NCBI GenBank assembly: GCA_037447605.1
Contig: CM074805.1
Location: 4,311,361-4,375,360 of the forward strand
DNA: 64,000 nucleotides
Reading direction: 5' to 3'
Origin: Zygnema circumcarinatum SAG 698-1b
Taxonomy: Eukaryota; Plantae; Zygnematophyceae
The notes beneath the pieces were generated by a model. It did not search any database. It was not told the origin of the DNA and saw nothing but the letters and a program-made list of their open reading frames with translations. This document shows positions 24,505 through 36,600 of the stretch, piece by piece (the first letter of the stretch is position 1; each line of letters opens with the position of its first letter). The position numbers and the translations under genes are program-made.

Positions 24505-27332
24505 ATGGCGAGCCCGCGAGGTGGAGTGGGAGGTATCCAAGGCAGGAGGAATCTGTATGCGGTGCTGCTCCTGTACGGTCTGCTGGCCCTGCAGGCAATG
24601 TGCGGAATGGCAGGCAGTAGATCCCAATCAGCGAAGGTGAATTTGTCGATAGTCTCTTATTGGATGTAACCTCCCTCTTTTTCTCTCTCTCTCTCTTCCC
24701 ACCCTTTCTCCTGCCTTTATTTTGTTCCCCACTTCCTACACTCATGTCATCCTTCTCTCTTGCCGTCTTTTCTCGATTTTTCCGCTTTTATTCAAAAGAG
24801 ATACAGAGAGAAATAGAACGGGAGAGGGGGTGAGGGGAGAAGAGGAGGGACAGGAACGGATGCGCAAAGGGGTGGGAGAGAGGAAAACTCTTTCCTTTGG
24901 AATAAAATGAGTAAGATTTGTTTGTTCAAGATGTGCAGAAGCCCCGGGATTCCAAGTCCAGCAGGACAACCGCAGACATTTTGAAAGCTGCCGACAGGGA
25001 GAAAAGGATTGCGGAGAGAGAAGCTGCTAGGCAAAAGCGCCTTTATGGAGGACCCAACTGGAAAAGAGAAAGTGAAAGAGAGTACAGTAGAGAATGGCCC
25101 GTCCTGGTGAGTGGCATCAACGCTGACAACCAGCTAAGGTCCATTAAGAAATGCGATGTTTCATGGTTGTTTCGCATCTAGCATTTCGCATTGTTTCTTG
25201 GATCGGAGAGACTCTTGTGGCTCGAGAAGGAGATTGCATTGACCTAATTCTTCTTCAGCCAGACCGGTACCTTTTTCCAAGCCCTAAAGCTCCGAACGTT
25301 CGACGAGAAAACCGCACATGCAAACATTGTCAGACATGGGGAAAAAACTTATTCCCTGCGAAGCAATACATTGCCCACCTCATTACTTTGCAATGTCCTT
25401 CCTTGCGATGTTTTTTTTGTTTCCTGAAATCATCCATTGCGTTTCCATGTTTGGTTTGGAGGCGTTGCTTTCTTGCCTTGTCAGCATGAGCAGCTTTAGG
25501 GTGTAGAAAGTCAAGGCGAGAGTTCTGAAAATATCCAACCCCTTGAAAGCTCTGAAATCTCCCAGAATATTCCAAAACCGTTAAATGTTTTCAAGCTCTC
25601 CTTAACCGTCGTCTGTAAAAATGGCTTCTGTTGTTTACCAGGACAAACAAGCTTGCCTGCCTGCAGGTCTACCCACAGCCGCTCTGATGCGAACAAAGGA
25701 GCTTGGGCCCCCCATTTCCCACATGGACAATTTGACTTCTCCAGAAAGCTACGCCCTTCTTGTGTATCCGCGGCACGGCCTTGGAAACTCCCTTCGAGGG
25801 TTCAAAAGTTCGTTCGTGTTTAGTTTGTTAACTGGGAGGAGGCTCGTTGTTTTCGAGGGCGGACCTCACTGGAAGGTGAGAAGTTTAAAGCTCCCGGATT
25901 CTGAAAAAATTTTAGGCCAGTTTTTCGGTAGTCGCATTTTAGAAATGGAGTGTTTCAGAGGCTCCTGAAATGGAGGTAAATGACGTACAGGTTTGGAGGC
26001 TTTGCTGAGTTGGCAGCATTTCGATTGACTGACATCCTTCCTTCTTCAGACTTGAGAAGGCATGATGCAAAAGAAGCTTGAGATAAGAAAGCGAAAGAAA
26101 GGTTTACAACACCTAGAAGCTGTTTGATTCCAGATGTTGAAAGATTCAACGAGCATATTCTTTCCCCTCTCCGTGCTCCGTCCAGGTCCTCCACATGCTC
26201 TGCAATGGGTTTTCCTGCACCCCGGATCTCATTATAGACAACAGGAACTCTACTCTCGAGAAGGCCTTGAAGAAAAGGCGACCCCCCAATCTTACGTCGG
26301 GCGAGGAGGTGAAGGATGTCCTTGAGAAGATGCACTCCAATGTTTCTGTAATGACAGTACACAGCGGAAGCCACTTTGACGATTGGTGGTGGGCCGAGGA
26401 TGCAAAAAGGACGTGTGTCTTGAAGTCGTTGAACTGTCATTCGCTTGCATGTGTCCGTTCAAGAGCCCTTCACTTCCTGATTGGAGCCGGCCCTTCTGAA
26501 AGGTTGGAGGGCGTGATAGAGGAGTTTATACAAGGGTCGAAGGCAGGGAAGGGGTTGGAAGCTGTCACGCCGGGCATGGGTCTCCTCTTGACTTTCGATA
26601 TCGCCTTTCACATTAGAACACTAACAAGGTGAATTCCCTTCCCCAGCCCCCTCTCCCTCCCTCTCCCCTCTCTCCCAAATGTTTGGCACATGGGCCATTC
26701 CTAATTTCTACAGGGACATTGCTGACCACGATTAATTCATTAACGGGAAGTCGTCTAAGTCATAATTCATGATGCCCCCTTGCAGGGAAGTCGAGGGGTT
26801 CAAGAAAGACAAAAACTGTTTGTTGAGTGAGGCGGCGTGCAAGGAGGAGATGGAGGAAAAAGAGAAGATAAATATGCTGACGGTTTTGAAGTCCAGCTTC
26901 TGGACGTGCCTAGGGATGTACTTAAAAAGCCTCAAGAAGGAGCTTGCCACCAAAAGGGACAGGAAACCGATCCCAAATATTTGGCTTGCAACCGACAGCG
27001 AGGCCTTACGGCCGGTATTTGCTAAACGGTTACAGAAGCATGGAGCCTGCTACTACTCGACGGGAGGAGTGACACACTCTTCCAAGAAAGGAGCGGAAGG
27101 GGCGCAACTCCCCACTCTAGCCGAGTTTTATCTTCTGAGCAGGGCGCGCTTTACAGTCGTAGTGAGCCCTCTCTGCCCTTTCTTGAGTTCCTTTGCAGCA
27201 GCTGCAACGGAATACGGAAACGGAACAGTGGCTTTTTTCGGACGAGAAAATGGGAAATGCCAACTTCATTTTCCAGATCTAGGCATAGACACTCCATTGA
27301 CTAAATTTGTGAGAGCATTCTCTGACGGGTGA
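24505..27332 (+). CDS. Type II membrane fucosyltransferase-like protein (GT37 xyloglucan FUT / GT23-like fold); 5 exons, about 507 aa
   Basis: join(24505..24636,24939..25106,25642..25875,26186..26628,26786..27332) = 1524 nt. N-terminal TM LYAVLLLYGLLAL; HGLGNSLRGFKSSFVFSLLTGRRLVV; IAFHIR; IWLATD; TLAEFYLLS..SSFA. These match the fucosyltransferase motif series. Substrate unknown. Confidence 0.7.
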
Positions 27333-27606
27333 TGTGCCGCACGCCGAGTCATCGTTGAAGGACTTCTCACCAAGCAGCCTATTGGATTGGATTGTAAACG
27401 GTGAAGTTTGGCCATGATGCAGTATGCCCAGAACAGCAAAATTCTAGTCCTAAACGAGCGGAGACATATGATGTGAACATGCCTCGCACCACGAGACACT
27501 TCCCAAAACTATCCAGGGCCTCACTCGAACCCCACTCTTCGAATTATTCAAGGGTTTCCGTGGAGGCAAAATCTAGATGGCTACAAAACGAAGCAGGTCC
27601 ACGGGC

Positions 27607-29738
27607 TTATGCAATAGTCACGCCGCAACCTGCTTCGAGCCGTTTCACGTTCATTCGACACCTCACGGGCTCTTTCGCGCACCACTCACTCTCAGCAACA
27701 GATTCCGCCGCATCTCGCCATTGCTGCAAAACCCAAATACGAAATAGAAGATACTTCAGTGAAGGAACACAATGGCTCAGACATTTAAAGGAAAATTCAA
27801 GGATAAATAGCCCCTAGAAAATTCCATGACAAACCGGACCAAACCGCACATCCAGAATCGCGTAATACTACTGTACAAGTTTACGTCCGGATTCGCGTAT
27901 TCAACGGCCTAAGCTCAATATTCATTCCAAAGATGATTTGCTTTAATGGGCGTTTCCTTGCCTTGCCAAAGTCAGATACACCTGCGCTCAAAAGCTCTTG
28001 TTTGCACTCTTCCAGGTTTTCGTCGAGATTGTAGCCGTAGCCTATGGCGTGGTATCCTCGTCCGGAATCGTAACTGCATGGGTGGGCTTGCTCGTATGCT
28101 TGAACAGCTTTCTGAGCTGCCGCCATACACTCCCTGGAGACTGGCACTATGGTCTTGCTATTGCAGCCCTGGGCGAGAGCTTCAATGCTTCTCCGGCAGC
28201 GCCATCCATTGCGGCGACACCACCGACTCCCCTTCAAGTTGCGAGCCGCCTCAACCCAATCCTGCAGGGCAAAGCAAGTTAATGAATTTATAATCTTCTG
28301 TACACAACTTGTGAAATGCGAACGGCAAATGTCACTAACCTCGATTGCAATCGCATGCATATTAGCTGTCAGAACAGTTGTTGCGATTGAAAGAGAGGCT
28401 GTGACTAACTTCCAGCAAAGCGGACTCAGAACCTACAGGAATTTTATCCTCACACTATAACAGCTGAAAGCATACACCTTATATAAAAGTGAAAGTCACT
28501 CCTGCAGCAAGACACTTGATAAGGCCGGCATCAGCATTTGTTACAACGGGTCCCACCTGAGTTTCTATACTCGGAAGGAAGGCCTTTCCCGCAGCATCCT
28601 GCAGCTCCTCCCCTAGGAAAAGGCTGAAATATATAGTCAGGATTGTCGCCTGCACATTGCAGCATAGCTGGCCGAGGTGAGGCACGTCCTTCTGAATGGC
28701 TCCGCAAGATCTGCGAACGCTGACGGCAGCCAGTTCGTCTATAGCGAGATCATCAAGGCACTGTACGCCACTGTATACCTGCAACCATAGACAATCAACT
28801 TGTTATTTGGCTGAATGTATCGGAGTCCTGTCGGTTAAAATTTCAAAATAGACGAGGCATGCGGTAACACAGACTGTAAACCTCGACCAATGGCTTGTCC
28901 TAGGAAGCTATGACGATGTGGTCATTCATGGAAGTAAATATTTTTTAAGCATGACACCCATGCCAGAACTTAATGCACTCAAACGTCGCTAGGATTTCAC
29001 ACGCTCAGAAATAACCCACATCAGTAAATTCAAGATGTCTCACCTGCGCAAAATCTTTGGAGACTTTGTCCAAGTCCTGGCTGATCTTCTCACGGTTTTT
29101 TTCCAAGTTGTAGCCGACGCCAACAGCTTTATAGCCCCGATTCGTAAGGTATGCACACCTGTGGCGTCCTTCACTCTGCTCAAGTCGGTTGAGTATCTGC
29201 AAGGAGCACTGCGTTCTCAAGCAACTTTCCTTCAGTACGCAGATTTCAAACGCCGATGAAACAGGTGGCACGGTGTCGGTCGAAAGAAAGTCATATTAAG
29301 AAGAATCAACTGAACAGTAACTTAAGGGCCTGGCTGCAATTCAACTGATTATTCTCTGCAAATGCCCTCAACAGCAAAACTTCTTCGCTCACTCAGTTGC
29401 AAGTTGCTTGGCCAGATTAATCTTCAAAATTTTGAACAGTTGGTTGTTCCAATTATAGAACTTCAGATACCTGGTGTATTTCACGCTTAGAATCCTCCCA
29501 CATACTAGCCAAAAGCTTGCAAGAACCATACCTTCTGGCAAACATTTACAATATTCCGAGCACGTTCAGAAGATTCCTTCTCTTTCGACATCTCAAAATT
29601 ATCAAGCATTCGAATTCCAATCTCCGGAACAGGATCCTGAGAGGCTACAGCAGCATGAGCTCTTTCCAAATGGCAACTGATGCGTGCAAGGAGCAGCAGA
29701 AAGCTCTGCAGGATCAGAATCAGTTGTAGCCCCGCCAT
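27607..29738 (-). CDS. Secreted protein with two tandem T4/phage-type lysozyme-like domains
   Basis: complement(join(27607..27723,27962..28261,28557..28778,29044..29208,29532..29738)) = 1011 nt, 336 aa, assuming a GC donor at 27961. Signal peptide. SEGRHRCAYLTNRGYKAVGVGYNL and YEQAHPCSYDSGRGYHAIGYGYNL align ungapped with T4L [35 protein letters not shown] and QWRDAAESVAESEW match T4L WDEAAVNLAKSRW. The middle of domain 2 is not found. Confidence 0.75.
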
Positions 29739-30825
29739 TTCCACAGCATGAAATTATTCAAAACACGCTTCCTAGCGGCAGCAGCTTCCTCCCCTCGCTG
29801 TTCAAGGGCTCCCAAAAGCGCTTCAGGAGCTCCAAAACAGATGCGCTCGGGCACAGATAAGCTCTCATACTCATAAACCGCCTCATAAGCATGGCGGAGA
29901 GGGAGAGGCGATGGAGGAGAGCATGCTGCAGGAGGTGGTGGCACGTGCGAGAGAGCTGCCGCCATGCCTTCGGCGTTACCTGCTTGGAGCATGCACGAAA
30001 GCCGCAATGGCTGCCAGGGGACCCTGTTCCATGTACTTACAGTCCCGTGCTCAAAACGGGAACGGCAACTGCAACAGCGACATGTCTCCGTTCCTTGGGC
30101 CATTCTATGTTCAAAACTACACTGGAGACTGTCAACGGGTACGTTACCACGTGTGCAGATCTGGAACTGGAGCAGTTCGTACATGGAGAGAGGCCGTAGG
30201 ATAACTGCCAGGCCGCCACGTGGCGGACAGAGGACAAGGGCACCGACAAAATGTGTCGGTTTGTGCGTAACATAGCCACGTAGCCGCAACCGCCTGCTGA
30301 CACGTGGACGAGTGTTTTGGAGCGCACGTGAAAAGGTCTGACAGGAATCGTAAAAGCCGTCCGATGAGGATCGTACGAAGAGAAAATGTCGACACGTGGA
30401 AAGTCTTCCCGCAGTCAACGGCGGCACGCAGGGGCAAACGACAAGCGCTGCTCCTCTTGCCAAATGAAGAAAAGGTACAATCTGTCGCACGAGATGCCAG
30501 CGTGGCGATACTATCGGCGATTTGCGATGTACCGTATTGAGAAGATCGTCTGCTGAGGGAGGAAGCATGTTCGTGACAAAGCCTCGGTTTCTGGTTCGGA
30601 AGCCGTCTGGTTTTTCGTACCGATAAAAAAAATATTTGGACGGTCAAGATTGAATTTTGGATAGCTATGATGACATGGCATTGGAAATAACCGTCGATAT
30701 TTCCGAGCGACATGCTCGGGGCTGGCTCGGGGCTGGCTCGGAAGGCTCACCTACTCTTGCAAGGCCGAAGCTGAAAAAAGGCGACAAAGCGAGCGCCGTC
30801 GAAATTTTTGAGCTTAGGAGATGGG

Positions 30826-31105
30826 CGCGAGAGAGAGAGAGGGATAGGTATTAAGAGGGAGGCAGGGGCGAGGGAGAGGCAGAGGGAGAGGAAGAGCGAA
30901 CGGTAGATTGAAATAGAGAGAGAGACAGAAGGAGAGGTAGTGAGAGAGCAAGAGATTGCGAGAGTGAAAGAGAGGCATAGGCAGAAGGAGAGGGAGAGAG
31001 AGGAACGAGCGAGGAAGCGAGAGGCAGAAGGTGAGGGAGTGAGAGAGCGAGACATTGAGAGAGAAGATAGGAGAACGATCGAGAAAGAGAGAGGCAGAAG
31101 GATAG
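30826..31105. repeat. GA-rich low-complexity tract upstream of ATG 31110
   Basis: Purine-rich degenerate GAGA tract. Confidence 0.8.
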
Positions 31106-31109
31106 AGCG

Positions 31110-32314
31110 ATGGTGAAAAAGGAAGAAGGGGGGAGAGAGAGACCAATCATGAAGAAACCCATCAGAAAAAACCGCGTATTTATTGATCTCACGCTGAACC
31201 TTGCGCTCTCTCTCAAGCCCCGCAAGAAGAGAGCCTTCGGGCCAGGCACCGGGCGGTACGGTCTGGAGCCAAAGGACCTCATTATTGACTTCATCAACCT
31301 ATGCATCGACGAGAAAGAGGGAGAGAGAGAGAAAAAGGAAGACGAGAAAGAGGGAGAGAGAGAGAAAGAGGAAGACGACAGCTGCATCGTTCTCCCGCCG
31401 CCTCCACCTTCTTCCGCTGGAAGCCATGGTGAAAGTGACTCCCAAAATGAAGACTTTGCCATTTTGGGAGTAACGGGTGAAGTCGCGACTCGAGACTTCC
31501 CGCATTCACGGGAACACTGCGGGAGCTTAACTTTTTCTAAAACGCCAGCGCCTGCAAATGCGCTGTACTGCAAAAAGGTATGTATGTCCAAAAAACATTC
31601 GTTTATCCCTCATATTAGTAAAGGTGAGTTTTGTTTTGCTGCGCTAACCTCTTGTGTTTTTCCTGAATGCTTTATCTGCTGCTGATTTTTTCAAGTTTGA
31701 TGTTCCGGGTTGTAAAATTGGGTTTGGCGGGCTGACCTTGTTTTGGCGCAGGATGATGATGTCCTTTGGTTATGGAAGCTCTTACGCTGACCGTGATGGT
31801 TGCGTTGACCGTGCTCGTGATGGTTGCGTTGACCGTGCTGGTGCTGTTATGTTATGTGAGTTTCTGGAGGGCTTCGCGTGCACAGGGCGGCAGCGCAGTG
31901 CTTAGAGAGGGACTAATTTGAAAGAGAAGGAAAAAATGTTAGGAAAGGAAAGAGAGACAGCGAGGGCTGAAAGAGAGAGGATTGCAGACTCACAAAGGGG
32001 TTTTTCTGTGCTTGTGGGTTTTTTATTGCACTTGCGTCCAGGATTTTTGTTAACAACGATGGACCTAGATGATGGCAATCAAGTGATTAGAACTATATGT
32101 TTTCTTTTTTCATTTAATTTATGGCCAATGTAGAGATTCAAACCAAAAAAGTAGCTCAAAAATATCTTACATTTGGAGGTGTTGGGCGTTTTTTCTGACT
32201 GGTGCAGTGCTTCTGCGCTGTGTGCCAAACGCCGGCGCCATGTGCTTTTTGGGGCGATGGAGAGAGCCACACTGGCCACTGCCACGCACGCTACATGGAT
32301 AAATACAAGTTTAG
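31110..32314 (+). CDS. Cys/His-cluster protein resembling the plant RPM1-interacting protein 13 (RIN13) family; 3' end unresolved
   Basis: Exons 31110..31577 and 32208..32314 join to give VATRDFPHSREHC...YCKKCFCAVCQTPAPCAFWG....GHCHA. The next acceptor at 32699 gives either a short stop (32727) or, in another phase, the ORF ending at 32920. Confidence 0.6.
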
Positions 32315-33645
32315 GTGATTCCTCACTCCTTGTTATACAAGTGCAGAATTATGTTTATTCCCTTTATTTTCCATGTGCTACTACTCCATCGTCTTCCATA
32401 GCTCCTGCGCCTCCCTCCATACCGCCTGCTCGTTCCCTATTACAGTTTCTTTTCCTTGTCGTATTTCTACTAAATGACGTCTCTTTCTAATGAAGTGATT
32501 TGTTTTTTGATTGCTGTGCCGTTTCAGTTTTTCTTCTAGTTATCCATGCTTGTGCTTTTTGTATGTGTTGGTGTAAACTTCGTTTCAGTTTTTTAACTGG
32601 ATATCCATGCTTCTGCTTTTTGTATGTATTGGTGTAAATTTGGAAGGTATATGCATATCACTTATTGACATTGCTGTTCCCTCGGCATGTCTTGCACAGG
32701 GCTCCATGCCTTCGACTTGATTATTGAATTTTTTCATGGCATCACGGCACAGCATGGGACAAACGACCTGACAGTGAAGAAGGCGGTCGAAGTTCGCCTT
32801 CAAGGAGCAGTCGGAGTCATGAGAGAGCTTGCTTTGAGGAGCTCAGACAAGGGGGGGGCGGCGGCCAGGGTCAGCCTGTATGCAGAAATTGCTTATTTAG
32901 AAGGTCTTTATGCTGTATAGGCTGGCGATGGAAGGCTATAAATAGCACGAGATAACATGAAAGCAATGGATCCAGTGTTTAACAGACAAATGTTAGGCCA
33001 TGAGAGAGAGAGGAGGAGGAAGAGAGAGCATGAGGCATTATGGTCTTTGAATTTATTTGAAAGGATTTATTCAAGGATTCCCTTTTGTTAGATTGTTGCG
33101 ATGCCGGTTGCAATCTTCACTTCTCTGCAGATCGGTGTTCTTTTCTAATTAAGACACAGAAATGATTTCGAAGTGGCGTGTTCTAAAGGTTGAAAGTGCT
33201 TAATGTCCTATGTCAACGGCTCATAATTCGTGCATGCATTTTTAGATTTCATGCTATCGTGGGCACCTCTCAGCCTTTCTCTCGCTCTTTATTTCCCACT
33301 TTTTGTTTATTGTAATTGGCCTTTCCCATTCTCCATTTCCTGCCCTGGGGCAATTTCCCAAATCATTGGAGTGCCGAGGCATCCAACCAAGGAACGATTT
33401 TTTGGGGGTTTATCCGCACCCCCTCTTGGTAAATCGAAGATTTTTTCTGGTCAGGACAGAGCTTCCGCAAGCAACCGGTCTGTATGGGACTTGGCATCCA
33501 TGAGTGACCCCTGGACCTATAATGAGAGTTAAAACAACGAAAAGGGTATTCTCTGAACCCTTTCAGTATATTTACGGGATCCTGTGTGATGCCAAGGTTG
33601 CCCTGCCATTGCTTCGCCACGCCAGGTCTAGAAGGCAGCGAAAGC

Positions 33646-36600
33646 TCAGAAAAGGTTCACCGAGCGCTTCTTTTGGTCTTGCTTCCATTTGGGCATCGCG
33701 TAGAAGGCTACTTTCGGTATGCCAAGATATTTCTCAAACTCCGCATTTGACAAGTAGGACTGCACCCATGATGTCACAAAGAGAGGCCGTCAATTTTCTT
33801 CATAGCATGCTCTAACCGGTTCTAATACATTCAAACTCAGACGATGACTTCATAACTGGCTCATTATTGCAGGAATCACATGATATACGGACAGATAGAT
33901 CAGCCGCCCAGTACGAGGCCAGATGAGACGAGCCGCTTACCTCTCGTTTTGTAGCGTCCAGGCCCGGAGCAGGATCAGCCGAGTCGGTTGTCAACCGCTC
34001 ATATGGAATGGCTCCCTCCTCCGCCGAAGCAGGTATTTCGGTCACAGCAGGCTCGGGAGTGGGGGGTGCTTCAGGCTCGGGCTCAGGCTCGGGCTCAGGC
34101 TCGGGCTTCGGCTCAGGCTCAGGTTCAGGCTCTAGTGCAGGTTCCGGCTTCGGTTCAGGGACGGGAGATGGAGCTGATGTTGGCGGCACTGCTTTTGGAG
34201 AAGCTTTGGATGAAATTGTGCTCCATCCTCCCGCTGCAGAAAGAAGGTGGATCAATCACATCAACTACAATTAGCAGGACCACATACATCCCTTCCAAAC
34301 GTTCTCGTGAGGAGCTGTTGTGCCATTATAACAGGGAGACACCCAGAGTCTGAAACAAGCAATCCCAGGTTTATAAGGCTTCAGCGAAGTCTCAGGGTTT
34401 GAGCTCACCAGAGGGTTTTTCTGCTGTGAGAGCACCCGATAGAGCTGCAAGTGCTGCAGCTCGCTGGGAAGCTGCAGAAGGAGTATGTGGGGGGGCAGGA
34501 GATGCCGATTCTGCCTCAGCAACCTCTACACTTGGTTCTGCCTCGGGAAGCTTAGGTGGCTCGGCAACAGGAGGAGATTTCTTAGCACCCAATGTGGGGC
34601 CCACTGAAGCAGAGAGAGCTGCAAGGGCTGCTGCCCTCTGTGAGGCTGCACTGAGGGGAGGGGTGGAGGGGCCTTTGACCGGCTCTGACTCAACCTCTGG
34701 GGGAGGGAGAGGGGCTGAAGGTGCAGCTGCTGTGGGTTTTTCGGAGGTTGATGTTTCTTTGTGATGCAATCCGAGCCGGCGTTTCTGCGCCTGCATATTC
34801 CACAGCAATCTGAAACGATTAGTTTTTGCATGAAACACAGGGGAGTGTTGAGATTCGTCCCCTTTCTGATTTTTCTATGTGCAGCACAGTCGAAGGCGAC
34901 GATGCCGATGCCAAGAGAACATACCTCAGAGAGCTCGATGGGCCGGTCATGGAGCTCTGCCAACTTCCTCTCGTAAGGATCGATAAAGGTCTGCTCAAGG
35001 AGAGGCGCAGCCAAACCCACTCAGACGGACTCCAAAAAACATCACCAGGATGAATCCATAGTTGATTGTGTGCAGACTAATTCATAAAACAAACGAGGAC
35101 CATGCAAGACATGCATCCATCGAACCTCTCAAACGAGGTTAAAAGTAGGTTGCGAGGTAAAAGCTGTAAGTGAAAAATCGGACGAATGAATACCGTTGGG
35201 AGCATAGTTTCAACCCTTGGCAGCTCATAAAGAGAATTCATAAAGAGAGTTCACACATAGAAAGATGCTTACCGAACTCCTCGCCGGGTCCCATGCAAAG
35301 TGAGCGGTAAACATTGGGGGCTCATTGCCCTCCTGCACCTTCAAGAGAGTGGTGTCTCTAGATCGGCCCTCTGTGGCCACCACAAGGTCTAAATACTTCT
35401 GCAAACAGCAAGGCGCGGAACATAGATAGTTCGTAGGGTCTATTAGTAAATGCTAAGTGCAACTGTTCTAAAATGCAAGTATGCGAGCATCATCCACCTC
35501 TCGTAATCTCCAACCACCTCAGGACTTAAGGCAACAGCAAGTGGAGTGGAGTGCAGTGCAGTGGAGTGACGCAAGCCCAAGAAGACTGGCTAGACATGTC
35601 GTAATTTATGTACCTGAGCGAGGTTGAAGGCATCCTTCTTCTCTTGATCATTTGCTTGAGACCCCACCCACACGAATACTTCGCTGTATGTATCGAGGAT
35701 CATGATGTCCTCACTCATCAAGTCTTCCTGGATGTAATTGTAGACTTCTGTCACCTGCAAACAGCCATCGAATGGTTGACAACCATGAGATGTGGGATTA
35801 AAACAGAACAAAGCAAAACTGTTTGTACACTGGCTGTAAGGCACATGCTAGTTTGGCACTATTCAACCTGCTCCTGCTTGCACATCCGACAAAGGACGAG
35901 TCGAAATACAACGGACATTCGCGAGAGGGATTGGAAGAGGGAATCAAGAATTTACCTTCAGGGAGCCTGATACATCCCCCGGGCCACCACCAAAGCAGAC
36001 ATCAAACACAACCAGCAAACGGGGAAATCAATCTCAGTGGATTTGAGCTTTAACCAACCCCTTAAACATAACTACTGTAACTGTCTAGCCACCAAAAAAT
36101 TCGACCTTGGAGCAATTGATAGAACCAGAAAAGCCCAACCCAGAGAAGCCCAGGAATTGGGAGGAAATGGAAGGGCAAAAGGGGAGGAAGTGCCGCATAC
36201 AAACATAATGCGGGATTACATGCAACAACTGTCCATCGATTCACGAAAGTTCGACTCAAGTTTCTGACTGTCAATTATGATCTCTCTGTGTCGCGTCATC
36301 AGCCCTGCTAGAGATAAGAAAATTGAGTAATGGCCAGTCCTAAAAAAACCTTGCAGTCAGTCAGTCGAGCATAACTCGAGCATAAGGATGTTATATTTTT
36401 CTGCTCTTCTGGCAATTCCGCCCACCTGTGGAATTGGAAACTGCAAAAAGGCGAGCATCCCTTGCAGGGTCCTTAGACTCCCTCGAGGTTGCATACTCTC
36501 CTTTCCCTCCTAGTTGGGTCCAAAATGCTGAGACCTCCTTGCCTTCGACCTGTTGCTTAGGAGCTACTCCAGGCTGTAACAACACCAAAAAAAAGAAAAG

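Noticed and set aside
29720-30568. 282-aa minus-strand ORF overlapping the lysozyme start as a possible uORF
   Set aside because: No recognisable domain; GC-rich promoter DNA readily gives long ORFs. It cannot be supported without Ribo-seq.
34409-34790. Doubled [12 protein letters not shown] motif in the villin linker
   Set aside because: Angiosperm villins also carry two related motifs in this linker, so it is not novel.
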